DNA of 64,000 nt from contig NW_005434656.1 in assembly GCF_000315625.1 (NCBI RefSeq), forward strand, positions 696,645-760,644, given 5' to 3'. Position 1 is the first letter of the stretch; the number at the start of each line of letters is the position of its first letter. This document shows positions 12,372 to 25,300 of the stretch, piece after piece. A program made the translations under genes and the position numbers. Below the pieces are notes generated by a model. The model searched no databases. It was not told where the DNA came from and worked only from the letters and a program-made list of their open reading frames with translations. This DNA comes from Guillardia theta CCMP2712. Taxonomy: Eukaryota > Protista > Cryptophyta.

Positions 12372-13346
12372 ATGTTTGCTGATATTCGCGAGTTTGTCGC
12401 CCTCGACCAGGTAGGGGAGGGGACGGGAGGAGGACGGAGAGTGGAGAATGATGATGACGATGCCGATGACGACGATGATGATGATGATGGTGATGGTGAT
12501 GATGACAATGGTGGTGGTGGTGGTGGTGGTGGTGGTGGTGATCATATCAATGAGGAGGAGGAGGAGGAGGAGGAGGAGGAAGTGGTGGCGGTGATGGTGG
12601 TGGTAGTGATGGGTTTGAGATGGCGGTGCATATGATGGTGGCATTGATAGAGAAGAATGAGAAGAAGAGGAAGAGGAAGAGGAAGAGGAAGAGATGATTG
12701 AGGTGAGAGCGTGGAGAAACGGCGGAACAGAAGTAGGTCAGAAAGGGAGATAGGGACGATAGATCATGCAGATTGAACCCTGTTGAACTATGAGGTGAAA
12801 ACACGACCTTCAATTTTATCTGATGTCTCTCCGATGCATATGTTTTCGGCTGTTGCACTGAGTGAATATCACCGATTGATTTGTCCTGGCGGGGTTAGTT
12901 TGATGATGTAGAAAATAGCGCAGAGAAGAGGAGAACGTGCGGCATGTGTTGAGTAGTGGGCTTGGTCATACTAATCGCCGTCTCCCTCATCCTTGCTTAC
13001 TGCTCCTCCAGTATCGTGGAACTTTTGAGTTCCCCAAGATCAACGATTGCAGCACGCCTGGAGAGTGCCACAGCTCTTGGAAGGGTAGCATCCCTGCTTC
13101 TTTCTTCCTGCCGCTGAACATGTCGCTTGCTCTCAGAGGGACAGTACATCGACAACATGGCTTCGGTCACCACCAACTGGGACAACATCGGAACCGGAGC
13201 AGGGGAGGGCACTGACAACATCTACCTCCACTTTGACTCGTAAGATCCCTTGGCTCTAGGGAGCGGCAGACTGACGTTGCTGCCGCAGGATGGCTTCAGA
13301 CTCTTGGAAGGCCGGGTCCGCTCCCAACCCCTCCGTTTTCTGGTAA
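12372..13346 (+). CDS. Small 90-aa hypothetical protein, 4 exons
   Basis: Exons 12372-12410, 13012-13084, 13137-13239 and 13289-13346 splice in frame via GT-AG introns; GCC-ATG start, TAA stop. Confidence 0.6.
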
Positions 13347-13625
13347 ACCCTGTCGGCGTCAAGCTCACGGGCTGGGAGCGAAGACGATGAGCAGAGGAGG
13401 TTGCAGAGAGACTGTAGGATGTCAGATGTTGGATAAATTCAAGTTTTCACTGTTGCAGCCAACCGAAAGTACACGAGACAGCCACTGACTTATCGCGATG
13501 GATGCAGATGAAATCAAAGGGTTTGTACAAACTTCTCCTACCGGTCACATTCCTCCTCCTCGCGCTCAAAAGGCATCAGCTCCATGATCGTGGAAGGATA
13601 TTCGAGACGCTTCCCGTCTGAAGCT

Positions 13626-15371
13626 TTACCGAGCTGTGGTGGCAAGTCCATAGCTCTGGACATGCTGGACAGTGTGAACCTTGCCTTCGCTCTGAGCTGC
13701 GGCAGTCCTCTTCTCATACATCAACGAACCATCCTGCATGGCACCATGCAGCTCCTGCGAGAAGATCAACGACGGAAAGGGAAACATGGAAGGGAAGAGA
13801 GGAGGAGGGAAGATAGTAGGCAGAGGGGAGGGAGGGTTGAATGGCTGCACGCACCTGGATCGATCGCATGCCTACATCCTGCAGGGCCTGTCGGAGACAC
13901 ATGTGCAAATGGGGAAGGTACATGTGCAACGACCCCTTGTCGGCAACGAAGCCAGACACACCCTGCTCCACCTGGATCCCGGACTTGCTGTTCATCAAGT
14001 AGCGTGTGCTGCTACCCTTCTCCATGGCCTCCTTGGAGCCCATCCCTCTGTACTTCTTCATGCGCACGCCATCGCGGTAGAACCATTCGCCAGGAGCTTC
14101 ATGGGTGCCTGCCAACATGCTTCCCATCATCACACAGCTTGCTCCGAGCGAGAGCGCCTTCATAATATGCCCGGGGGAACGGATGCCTCCGTCGGCGATG
14201 ATGGGGATGTCAAACCTTCTAGCGAACCTCGCGACTTGATAGATGGACACAGCCTGAGGTCTCCCGCACGCCATCACCTCTTGAGTCGTGCAGATGCTTC
14301 CAACACCCATTCCAACTCTAAGAGCATCACAACCAGCTTGGATCAGGTGCGCTGCCTGACGACTAGTAACCACATTCCCAGCAATCACTTCGATGTGAGG
14401 ATAGTTTTGCTTGATGTGACGGACCATGTCAGCTTGGTAGGTTGAATCTCCCTGGGCTGAATCAATAAGGATGATGTCGACATGCTCCTTGGCAAGCTGG
14501 GCAAGACGGTCGTAGTCAGACTGACGCGTCCCGATAGCTGCTCCGCAAAGAAGCTGCTTCGAGGTTTTGTCCACGGAGCAGTTGGGGTAATCACGATTCT
14601 TGAGCAAGTCAGTCCTCGAGATGAGAGCCACGAGCTCTCCGTTTCCATTCACGATAGGAAGCTTTCCCTTCTTGCTCCCCTTCATGATGTCGTTGGCCTG
14701 GGAAAGGGTGCAGCCTTCCTTGGCAACGATCAAGTCCCTGCTCATGACGTCTTGCACCGACAGGTCATCGTCGCCGACGAAGTCGATGTCACGGGTGCAG
14801 ACCATTCCCACTAGCTTTCCTCCGATCTTGCCCGTCTCAGTGATTGGAATTCCACTGAACCCCTTCTCCACCTTGATCCTTCTCACGTCCTTCACCTTGG
14901 CGTCCAGCCCGAGGGTGATGGGGTCGGTGATGAAACCGTTTTTGTAGCGCTTGACCTGCCGCACCATCTGGACTTGCTCCTCGACCGTGCAGTTATAGTG
15001 GATGATACCGATCCCTCCCTGCAGAGCCATCGCCACAGCAAGGTTCGCCTCTGACACCGTATCCATGGGGGAAGACACAAATGGGCACTTGAGGCGAATG
15101 TTCTTGGTGACCCTCGTGGTGGTCGACACTTCCTGCACACCATCATCAGCCACTCGCCCCTACTCGTCCCTCGCTTGCTGACCTGCGGAGAGAAATAGAT
15201 GTGACCAGGGAGCAACAGAAAGTCGTCGTAGGTCAGCCCGGGCTGTTCCTTAACCAAGTCCTCGACGTTAAATCCGTCCCTTCCTGAATCCTCGCCGTCA
15301 GCCAATCCATGCCTGCGACTAGCTTCGAACAAGCTCACCATGCTCCTTGAGAGCCGCCTCGAGTTCTGCAT
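13626..15371 (-). CDS. IMPDH: Inosine-5'-monophosphate dehydrogenase with CBS pair (3 exons)
   Basis: [21 protein letters not shown], catalytic [23 protein letters not shown]. Exons 15371-15183, 15132-13855, 13754-13626. Confidence 0.97.
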
Positions 15372-17337
15372 TCAGTGTTGGCCTGCGCGGCTCCAGTAAG
15401 TTCTTGCTCGATTGTTGCAGGTGCAACTAACTTGTTCTCCTTGTACCCCACGCAGCTCGAGCCCAGCTCAGGGGAGAAGGGAACCTGGCATGATCGTCAG
15501 GTCGCAGCTTTGGCAGTGATCTGCTTGACATCTCACCTGCCCAAAGTGACTGTCCATGGAAGGACTGAAATCAGAGTTCGGACCCTGCTGCAAAGGAGCA
15601 TAAGTGGGAGCGATCGGGGAAGGAGAGCATACCTGGCCGCAACAAGACATGAAGGTGATGGAGTGTGTAGGTAGGAGAGGTGATACAAGTCTAGCGCAAC
15701 GGAAGCAAGAAGAGGCAGAGGGGGCGGTAGCGAGGTTGCAACGAAGGGATGTGGAAGGGAGGAGGAGGGGCGGGAATGGGGGGGAAGTAGCTCGAGCCGC
15801 AAGAAATCATGCTTGGGGTAGGGGTAGGGGTAGTTGGCATGAACTTCAGGGTAGGGGTAGGGTAGGTTATATTAAGGCAGGGTAGCGATAGTGGAATGGG
15901 TAGGGTACTGGATGCGGGCATTAATACCCCCTCCATGATCGGCTAATTGGTGGGTACGAAGTTGTACCCCTCCCGAATCATCTCAGCAGCAATGTAGATC
16001 GGACCACCCCACCCGTTGACAAGGAAAACCATTCAGTACCCCAAAAAGGACTGTAAAATTACCCCCACCCATGCGACCCTTTCTCGGTACCCCACCCTGT
16101 AAAGAGAACATGGAGAAAATTTCATCACCACCCCACCTTGCGTAGAGCCCTGTCGACCTGACTACCCGATAGCCGTAACCACCCCACCCTGTGGTTCCGC
16201 ACGTGCGGTCTTCTGGGGGCCGGGACTTATAATCTGCCTTGACTTGTAAAAATCTTAATAGCTGTTTTTATCAAGTTGCATATTACATAGAGTACACTTT
16301 TTCAGCAAAATGGTTTTATTGAATACTTTACTTCGTAATATAAAATAATATAATATTTTTATAAAGTACCATATCTTAAAACTAGTTAATACAAATTCCA
16401 AAATACGTACCATGATCGAAATGCTTTTAAAAATACTTTTGAAATATCCGTAGTGGTTTTGTACCAGAGGATCCAACAGTACAGCATGCATTGCTTTATG
16501 GAGGAATGCACGACCGCACCTGCACTGCTCAGCCAGCCATCCTCCCTCTCCCCTCCCCCTCCCTCCGCGTTCCCATTCTCCTTGCAACGCTCCTCTCTCT
16601 CGTGCCAACTGCCCGTGTCTTGCTCACCCATTCTCCGTTTCCACACAACCTCCTCGCTGCCCTGCCTGCCCTGCCCCGCCCTGCCCTGCCCCAGTAGTCG
16701 CCCCACCTTGAGGGAACCTGCCTTTTATCCTTGCAGTCATAACCTTCATGTTGCCCTCTTGCTTCTGACTTTCTGTTGTACAATGATATGTAAACCTCTG
16801 GTCCCATATTGAGATTCTTCTGGTATACGCTGTGCCGATTCCCGAGGCCGATGTTCTTTTTTCGTAGCGTTCATGGCTTTTGTATTCTTGCATCCCTGTG
16901 CGCCGAATCAAGGCTACCAGTACGTGTGCAAATATTGAGATAACCAAGACCTTGAATCTACATCATCACAGAGTGTTCTTTGCACAGACTTGTTTTGATC
17001 CAGGGGTGACGTTTTCATCGCAACTTTTCTTCCAGTGCTCAATCTTCGACCTCTTAGTCCCCCCAATCACCTGATTTCGTTGATAACATTTATTCTTCCA
17101 CAACCAACATGTCTTTGCGCTGATGTCTTTGAATCATTTTCATCTCTTTACTTGGAGTCCGCTCGTACTTCCTGCTATGGTCGATGCGTCCCTTTCGTTC
17201 TCCTCACCATTTCCATTTCCTCATATCCTCGTGACCTCCTTCACCTCAACCCCATCCGTGTAACTATGTAAATGCCCAATCGTGCTTCATTGTAGCTGAT
17301 AGCGCTTCCTGGTTCGCAGAGAGAGAAGCTGTAGAGG

Positions 17338-19471
17338 ATGGGGCCCAGCAACAAGGTAGCGATCCTGGATGCGGGAGCGCAGTACGGAAAGCTCATCGAC
17401 AGGAGGATCAGAGAGCTCAAGGTAGAGTCTCATGTCGTCCCGTTGGACTCGAAGCCCGAGGACCTGCAAGGGAAGTACGACGCCATCGTCATCAGCGGCG
17501 GGCCGGGCTCCTGCTACGCCCCTGACGCGCCCAAGTTCCATCCCGAGGTCCTTGAAATGGGGCTGCCGATCCTTGGGGTGTGCTATGGTTACCAGCTGCT
17601 TAACTATGTGAAGGGAGGAAAGGTAGAAAAATCGAGCAAGAGGGAGGATCTGCAGGAGACGGTTGACATCGACACGTCCTCTCCTCTGTTCCAGGGGCTC
17701 ACGAGCAAGGAAAAGACCCTCCTGACCCACGGCGACGCGGTCGTGGAGGTCGCTCCGGACTTCAGGCCGGTCGCCTGGTCGAAGGGGCTGGTGATTGCGA
17801 TCGAGAACCAGGGAAAGAAGATGTTCGGCACTCAGTTTCATCCCGAGGTGGACCTGACGGAGAACGGCGTCGCGATCTTCAAGCACTTCCTGTTTGACAT
17901 CGCCAAGATGTCGCCCGACTACACGCCCGAGAGCAGGCACGAGGCCGCCATCGCTGAGATCCGCTCCATCGTCGGGACGAAGGAGATCCTGGTGCTGGTG
18001 TCTGGCGGGGTTGACTCCTCCGTGTGCGCTGCTCTCTGCCGGGAGGCCGTGGGGCCAGAGAAGGTTCATGCAGTACACATTGACCATGGCTTCATGCGTA
18101 AGAACGAGAGCGAGACTGTTCAAGTATGTCACCTCCATCCAATCTCTCTTTGTTGTTTTCCTTCTCAAACTTCTGTTATCCCGCCGTTTGCATTCACTGC
18201 TTCGACTCCCTGCTCCTTCGTTGGCTCCATCCTCACCCTCCTTGCAGGTAGCCCTCGGAAAGGTCGGGATCAATCTCCACATGGTCCACTGCGCCGATGA
18301 CTTTGCCAAGGCGCGGACCATGGCGAAGGGAGTGGAGGTGGGACCACTGGAGGAGACTGTAGCGCCGGAGCACAAGAGGATGATCATCGGGGACACGTTC
18401 ATGCGAGTGACCGAGCAGGCGGTCAGAAAGCTAGGGATCAACGCGGACAATGTCTATCTTGCTCAGGGGACTCTGCGCCCTGACCTGATCGAGAGCGGCT
18501 CTCATCTTGCGAGCTCCAAGGCCGACGTGATCAAGACGCATCACAACGACACGGCCCTGGTCCGCGAGCTCCGCGCCCAGGGCAAGATCGTCGAGCCCCT
18601 CAGAGATTTCCACAAGGATGAAGTTCGCGCCCTCGGGACTGAGCTGGGACTCCCCAAGCACCTGGTCTGGCGTCAGCCCTTCCCTGGCCCCGGACTGGCG
18701 ATCCGCTGCCTGTGCTCCGACGGCAGCTGCCCGCCGCTGCTGTCCAAGGAGGACATGCACAAGGTTGAGCAGCTGGCGGCCCAGTACACCAAGGGGAAGC
18801 TTTCCGTCTGCCAGCTGCCTGTGCTGACTGTGGGAGTACAAGGAGACTGTCGCTCCTACAAGTCGGCTGTGGCCCTGAGCCTTCCTGGCGAGCCCAAGAG
18901 CAGCGACATTGACTGGGAGCAGCTCTTCCACATCGCTCGCAACGTGCCCTCCGAGGTGATGTCCGTCAGCCGGACCTGCTTCATGTGGGGCCCGCCATGC
19001 ACCAACGACAGCGAGGGCCTGCTGGACGTCACGCCCACCTACTGCACTCAGGACGTGATGGAGCAGCTGCGGGAGGCGGACAGTGTCGTGACGGAGGCCA
19101 TGCTGGAGTCTGACCTGGTCCACACCCTCAGCCAGGTCCCTGTCGTCATCTTCCCCGCTTCCTTCGGGACCAAAGGCAACAGAAGCATCGCCATCCGCCC
19201 CTTCATCACCCGCGATTTCATGACTGGGAAACCAGCCGTTCCTGTATGTTGCCCCTCCTTCCCTCCTCGTCTCTCCCTCGCTCTTGCTTCCCAAACCCCT
19301 TCCCCCTCCTGCTTCCTCGCGCTTCTGCTTACTAACGGCATCCTGCAGGGGCAAGAGCTCCCCTTCGAAGTGCTGGACAGCATCATCGCCAAGATCAGGC
19401 AGGTGAAGGGCATCTCGCGCGTCGTCTACGACCTCACGGCAAAACCTCCTGGAACCACCGAGTGGGAGTAG
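17338..19471 (+). CDS. GMPS: GMP synthase (glutamine-hydrolysing), long eukaryotic type (3 exons)
   Basis: ILDAGAQY, GVCYG, QFHPE, SGGVDS, IKTHHND, RQPFPGPGLAIR, KPPGTTEWE*. Introns 18124-18247 and 19244-19348. Confidence 0.97.
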
Positions 19472-19528
19472 CGAAATCAAACGACAAAAAGCTGCTCGAT
19501 GCCTCGGAGACTGTTTCAACAGCCCCTG

Positions 19529-19613
<85 letters not shown>

Positions 19614-19634
19614 CCTTTCCCTCACCCTCACCCT
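19529..19634. repeat. (CCCTCA)n hexamer array
   Basis: About 17 near-perfect units just downstream of GMPS. Confidence 0.95.
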
Positions 19635-20454
19635 CCGACACTGAGTCAGGCTGAGACTCCGGCGAGTCTGAGAGCAAGAGCTACTACTTCGTGACGGTTC
19701 GTTGAAGGTCGGGCGAGTCTCCGAGGCCGAGCGGCCCACTGAGGCTGGCAGACACTGCCGTGACTCAGTGACCCGGTGACCGAACGGCCCGGCGCCGGCC
19801 GCCCCCGGGGGGTCCTGACGGAGCACAAGTTTGTTGGACTTGTACTATGCCAAAGTCACGCAGATATCACATCGACCTTAGTTGTAACAAGACAGTTTTT
19901 GCTCACTGAGACCGAGTTTAATGCACACAAAACCAGAATTGAGGAGCACATGAGAGATAGACTGTGGCAAGACGGCTAGGAAAGCCCCCTCTTCGTCTCT
20001 GCACTACATTGCCGGCAGTCTTGAAAACACTGACACGTAAGTCTTGGTTTACAGGAGAGTTTTTGTTAACTCGGCGCTATCTGACTGGCACGGCTGGCCG
20101 CATATCGGATCCATCAAGTCCGGGTACTTCCGAGCCCACGCCTGCTGAGTAGGCGCCCCCTGAATGGGCCGAGAGTCGGATTTAATTCAGGGTGTAGGGA
20201 CCCCGCATCGCTGTTATGAATGAAGTTCCGAAGTTCCGGGATTGTTTCTTACGGTAGTAGCGTTTTTTATTACGCCGGGTACTGCCCCGGTACCGTGACT
20301 AGTATGATACGACTCTTATACTTGCCCTCAGAGTCTCGCAAAAGCTCCCGGGCGGCCCGGCCCGGGCCGGGAATCAATGGTCACGAGTGGGGATGAGGGA
20401 GGTCGCCAGGATATCGCTGATTTCTTGCGATCTATTTCGGGAAGCCACCAGGCC

Positions 20455-22048
20455 ATGGACCGCTTGCAGAGTGCGTTCGGTAAGTGAGACTGAGGAGAAG
20501 AGGACGCGGCTGGGAAGGTGGCAGGGCACGAGCATGTAGCGATGAAGGGAGCTGGACATTAATACTATGCTGGGAATATGTTTGGCATGGAACTTCGGAA
20601 AGGGAGGGACCAGACCAAGTGGGGCAGAAGTAATGGGTGAAGGAGCAAGGGAGCTGTCATGGGGAATGTGCGAAGATCGAACTCGGCAACTTTTAGTTGT
20701 TTGTATTGAAAGACTCGACCGTCAGAAGCGGTTCAAGATATAGTGCCAGGAGGAGGAACGAGGCGACTAGTTTTGAGATACATCCGATGACTGACAAAGC
20801 AAGGAATACTAGATGCTATGGGTTGAGATTTTGAAACGTGTGAGATGAGATAGTGTCACACGATTTGAGAGCGTCGCGTGTGTCGTGCCTGGCAAACTTG
20901 AAGGGGTCGGGTATGCAGGTTGAACTGACGTCTGCACCTCGCAGGGAAGATCCCTATATATTGCTTCCTTGCGGAATGCGTGGGCGTTGCTCTCTTTGCC
21001 TTCTTCGGAGGAGGATGTAGTGCGAACTCCGTCAACTCAGGCACGTGCTGCCGGCATGTTCCCTGCTGCCCCTGACATTGGCTTCATCGCAGGATTGCCA
21101 ACAGCCGCGCTCGGCAACGGCTTCTGCCTCGGCATCCTCATCTACGCCACCGCAGGAATCTCTGGAGGACACTTGAATCCAGCTGTGTCTACCGCATTCC
21201 TGATGACGAACAGGCATGCATCGATCATGATGGTCCTCCTCTCGTCTGACTTGTTGTCCAGACTGGGAAAGCAACGATACCTCCTGTACATCACTGCACA
21301 GGTGAGAAGTCGAGCTGGTTCCTGACCCTCGGAAAGCTCTCTGACTGTCTTTCGAAAGCTCCTGGGTGCTGTCTTGGGTGCATTCTTGCTTAGGATCGCG
21401 CTGCCCCCCGAGTTCCTGTCGACTCCCTTCACCACGTCTGGAAGCTTGACCACGGCGTTCCCAACTCAGGTGACAGCAAGGAGGAAGAGTGCGACGAGCT
21501 GACGCTGTGGTCAGGTCTTCTTGCTCGAGTTCATCTGCTCCTTCCTCCTTGTGTACACTGTGTTCGCTTGCGCTGTCGACAAGCATGGCTCCGCCATGGT
21601 GACCTCCTTCCCTTGAATGGTATGGCGGCTGACAGCACGGCAGAACGCTGCTCCTCTTGCCATCGGCCTCTCCTGCGCTGCAGGCATCTTTGCTGAGGTG
21701 ATGACAAGGACTCGTTGAGATGAAGTGATGAGGAACACAGGGCCCATACACTGGAGGCTCCATGAACCCCGCCCGCATGATCGGAGCAGCCGTCGTCTTC
21801 TGGGACTTCACGCACATGATCCTTTATGTCGTCTCTTCCATTGGTGAGCATATTCGTTCAACACCCTCCACATCCTGACCAAGAGAGCAGCTGGCGGCGC
21901 CTGCGCTGGAGTCGTGTACAATAGTCTCTATCTGGAGGATCAGGTTTGCTAGCTGCGGGACGAGGCGGAGAAAGTCTGACCATGCTGCCAGCCTGCAGAG
22001 CCTGAGGACAGGGACGAGGAAGAAGAGCTCTTCGAGCCCTCCAAGTGA
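20455..22048 (+). CDS. Aquaporin (MIP family), multi-exon
   Basis: MDRLQSAFG|KIPIYCFLAECVG..., ISGGHLNPAVS, LEFICSFLLVY, YTGGSMNPAR: both NPA boxes present. Confidence 0.92.
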
Positions 22049-22342
22049 AGCTCGTGGGGGCCTTGGAGGATCTCCTTCCGATAGCTCCATCAGTGTAGAG
22101 AAGATCATTTGCAATGAAATGTGTTGAACTGTTGATCGGCAGTAATGTATGGGTTGTTGTCCTATCTCAGTCGTCCGAGTCTGAGTTCACGCTGTCCCAG
22201 TTGGCCTGTGAGGGTGACGGGAGTGAGTAGGTGAAGTTCCACGAGGAGGAGAAGCCTTACAGCAGCGTTGCGGTTGGAAGCAGACAACCTTGCTGAGGAG
22301 GACTCCGAGTGAAAGCTGCGGTGGGTGGAGACTGGCGTCAAA

Positions 22343-25300
22343 TCACGGCGCTTTAGGATTCCCTGGGAGTGAAGTCAGGACGAGCTGGCAAGGGACGGGG
22401 AGAAGAGCATCAAGGGACCTGCTGGCTTTTTCTGGCTTCTCCTGCCCTGTGGGGACCAGGGCTTTCTTGCCTGATCTCTGTCAACTCCTCGCTGTCTTGA
22501 ACATCTTGGTTGAAGATGTCCCATGGCTTGCTCAACTGCAGACCAGCTGTTAGCAGAGTCACTTCCTAGCAAGCTACAAGTGCCTCGAAGAGCGAGGAGC
22601 GAATGTCCATGGCAGGTTGACGGAAGTTGAAGGTGGGAAGTTGCAGAGACAAACCGAGCGAGGAGAGGGGAATCCCAAGAAAGTTTTCGGGCTGATCGTC
22701 CGGCTTCCACGAGTCGTGTGGCAAGCCGTCGTCTTCACACGGTGCGCGAGGCTCCATGGTGTTGTCTTCCAGGTCATTGCTGAAGACCCGCAGCTGGTTC
22801 CGTTCGGAGAAGCAAACCTTGTCCTTCTCCCGCGGGGATGTGAACTTTGCTTTCTCGCTCCTCTCCTTCATCAGGCACTCCAACTGGTACAGCCGAGCGT
22901 TGAGAGAGCTGTTCTCCTCCGACAGGGTCCTGTAGAGGGCCTGCTGAGCGAGCAGGGACCGCAAGATCTCTGCCTCCTCGTCCAGCGGGTGATGGGCCTT
23001 GGGCTTGAGGAAAGCCTGAAACCTGTCGATCTGCGACTGGTTGTCAAGTTTGCTCACGAGGTCTCGGAACGTGAAGCCGTCGGAGTCTTCTGCCTCGAAC
23101 AAGTTGAGGATGTCAAACAAGTCCTGCAAACGAGCCCCCTTGCTCCTCCTCGCCCGAAACGACGACCAGAAGTGCTTGAAGATGCGGCGGATCTGGTCGA
23201 TGAGGGACTCGGGGTCCAGCAGGGCCTTGAGGGACCTGGTGTAGGTGTCGACGAGGATAGCAAGGAGGACGTTGATCAGGACCATGGCGACGAGGAAGTC
23301 GAAGGAGATGAAGAAGAAGGGACCGAACCATGGACTGAGCTGCTGGATCTTGTCGCTGTCATAGTTCCCTGCAGGGCATCGTAAGAGATGTGAGCAAAGG
23401 GAAGAGGAGGAGGAGAAGAAGAAGAAAGAGAAGGAGGGGGAAAAGGAGGAGGAGGAGAGGGAGGAGGAGGAGTCAGTCAATTATAGTACAATTTGAACAC
23501 AGGAAGCACGACGACAAGACAAGGGAGGAGAAGGTGGAGGCAGGAAGACAAGCACAACGAGAACGAGAAAACTTAGAAAAGAGGTCGAGTGGAGAACCTT
23601 GCATCATCTCGAACTGAGCTTGAGCTGCTCTCGTCAGGCTGCCATACTCGTACATGGAGGTCCCAAAGAGCATGTAGCCAATGAAAGAATACCCGATGAA
23701 GACAAAGAAGAACTGCATAACAAGCACATGCATCAACAGAGTTCCACCGTGCAATCAATGAATTTACATACCACCAGAATGAAATGGTACAGGTTCACCC
23801 AGCTGTTCTTGATCGTGTCCGCCATGATCTTCATCCTGTCTTGAAAGTCGTAGTACTTGAAGATCACAAACAGGCAGATGAGCCCGTTGATGCCGTTGAC
23901 GCTCGTCTGCTGCGACTGCAGCGTGTGGAGCCTCTCCAGCTGCTCCGGATAGTCGGGCGAGGGGAGGGGAGTGGGGCTGCTGTATGCCTGATACACGTAG
24001 ATGCCGCGGAGACAGAGGCTGTAGGTGAAGAGAACGGCGTTGAGGAGGTCGAGGTAGTTCCAGATATGCGTGAGCCATGCCATCAGGGCCATCTTCCTTG
24101 CTGACGTGTAGGCGCTGTACAAGATGTTGCCCAGGTCGAAGCCGACGAGGAAGACGAAGAAGAGCTCGAGAACCAGGAGAAGTTTCCCCTCGTTGCGTGC
24201 GTAGGGCTCCGAGTTCACGCACTGCACGAAGAGACTGTGCGGCTGAACAAGAGAGGATGCATGGCAGGAGGAGGAGGAGGAGGAGGAGGGTTATACAGGG
24301 AGGATACCGACGGAGAAAGTAGAAACGAATATTAAGAAAAGATCCAAGACATGCGAAGAAGAGTGAGGAATCAAGTCAGAGATGGTCTATCACTGAAATT
24401 TTCTCCTTCCAACTCACCAGGATCAATCCTCCTCCCATGCTCATCTTGACCGTCAACGACACGACGGAGAACAATCCCAGCATCTGGTTGTACATGGCGA
24501 ACTTGACCTGCAGGCTGGTTGTCTGCCTGTCGATGAATCTGTTCTCCCGCAGGGCCGAGAGGACTTGGAGGTTCCCTGGGAGGGAGTCAAAGTTGACAAC
24601 TGACTCAGGCCGTTGGCACCTGAGCCGTTGTAAGCCGGGAGAAAGACCATGTGGGCCCCGTACTGCTCTGCTCGACAAACATGTGAAGGGTCTGTCACGT
24701 AAATCCAGTCGCCTTCACCTGAGAAAGTCCAATTCATGCCCTGGGCTCCGAAGGTCGAGTTGTCGATCTGGCTGGAGAGGCAGGTTCCGTAGAAGGCCCC
24801 GTACCTGCAGCTGAGGAAGGATCAGACAGAAAGAGAAGCTGGAAAGACTCTGAAGACTGACAGCTGGGATCTGCAGCTTGTTGTCGTTGCTGTGATGGAA
24901 TGATTCAGCTACGAGCGCTAGACGAAGATTTAAGTAAGGCTACCTCGTTGCTGCAAGATAAGGACGCCTCCAACCTGATAACGAATCATGCGCAGATGGC
25001 AAAGTGAGCATGCGGGGAGAAGGGCGAAGAAGCAGAACAGTTCGAGGTAAAGAAGACAAAAATGAGTATGACAACGGATGGGAATACTGAAGAAGAGCAT
25101 GTTGAGATTTCGAAACGAGAGGGAGTGAATGAGAAGGGAAGAGAGGGCAGCAAGCAACATGAAGACACTCGTTCACACACCAGCTTGTTCATCAAGAGGA
25201 TGCTCTCGGCTTCAGTTGAGGAGAAGGGTTGATCGTTGTACCATCCTGGCAACACAAGATCATCTCATCGCAAACATCTCAACCTGGTCGTCTTGCAACA

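Noticed and set aside
12372-12430. CDK-like kinase start (LDQVGEGT)
   Set aside because: No other kinase motifs follow; CAG|gtaggg is better read as a splice donor.
15372-17337. Purine riboswitch between IMPDH and GMPS
   Set aside because: No match to the UAUAA...UAUGG...GUUUCUACC...CCGUAAA core was seen.
17287-19519. Long antisense ORFs over GMPS (also over P450, IMPDH and the receptor gene)
   Set aside because: They are expected shadows of high-GC3 coding sequence and show no motifs.
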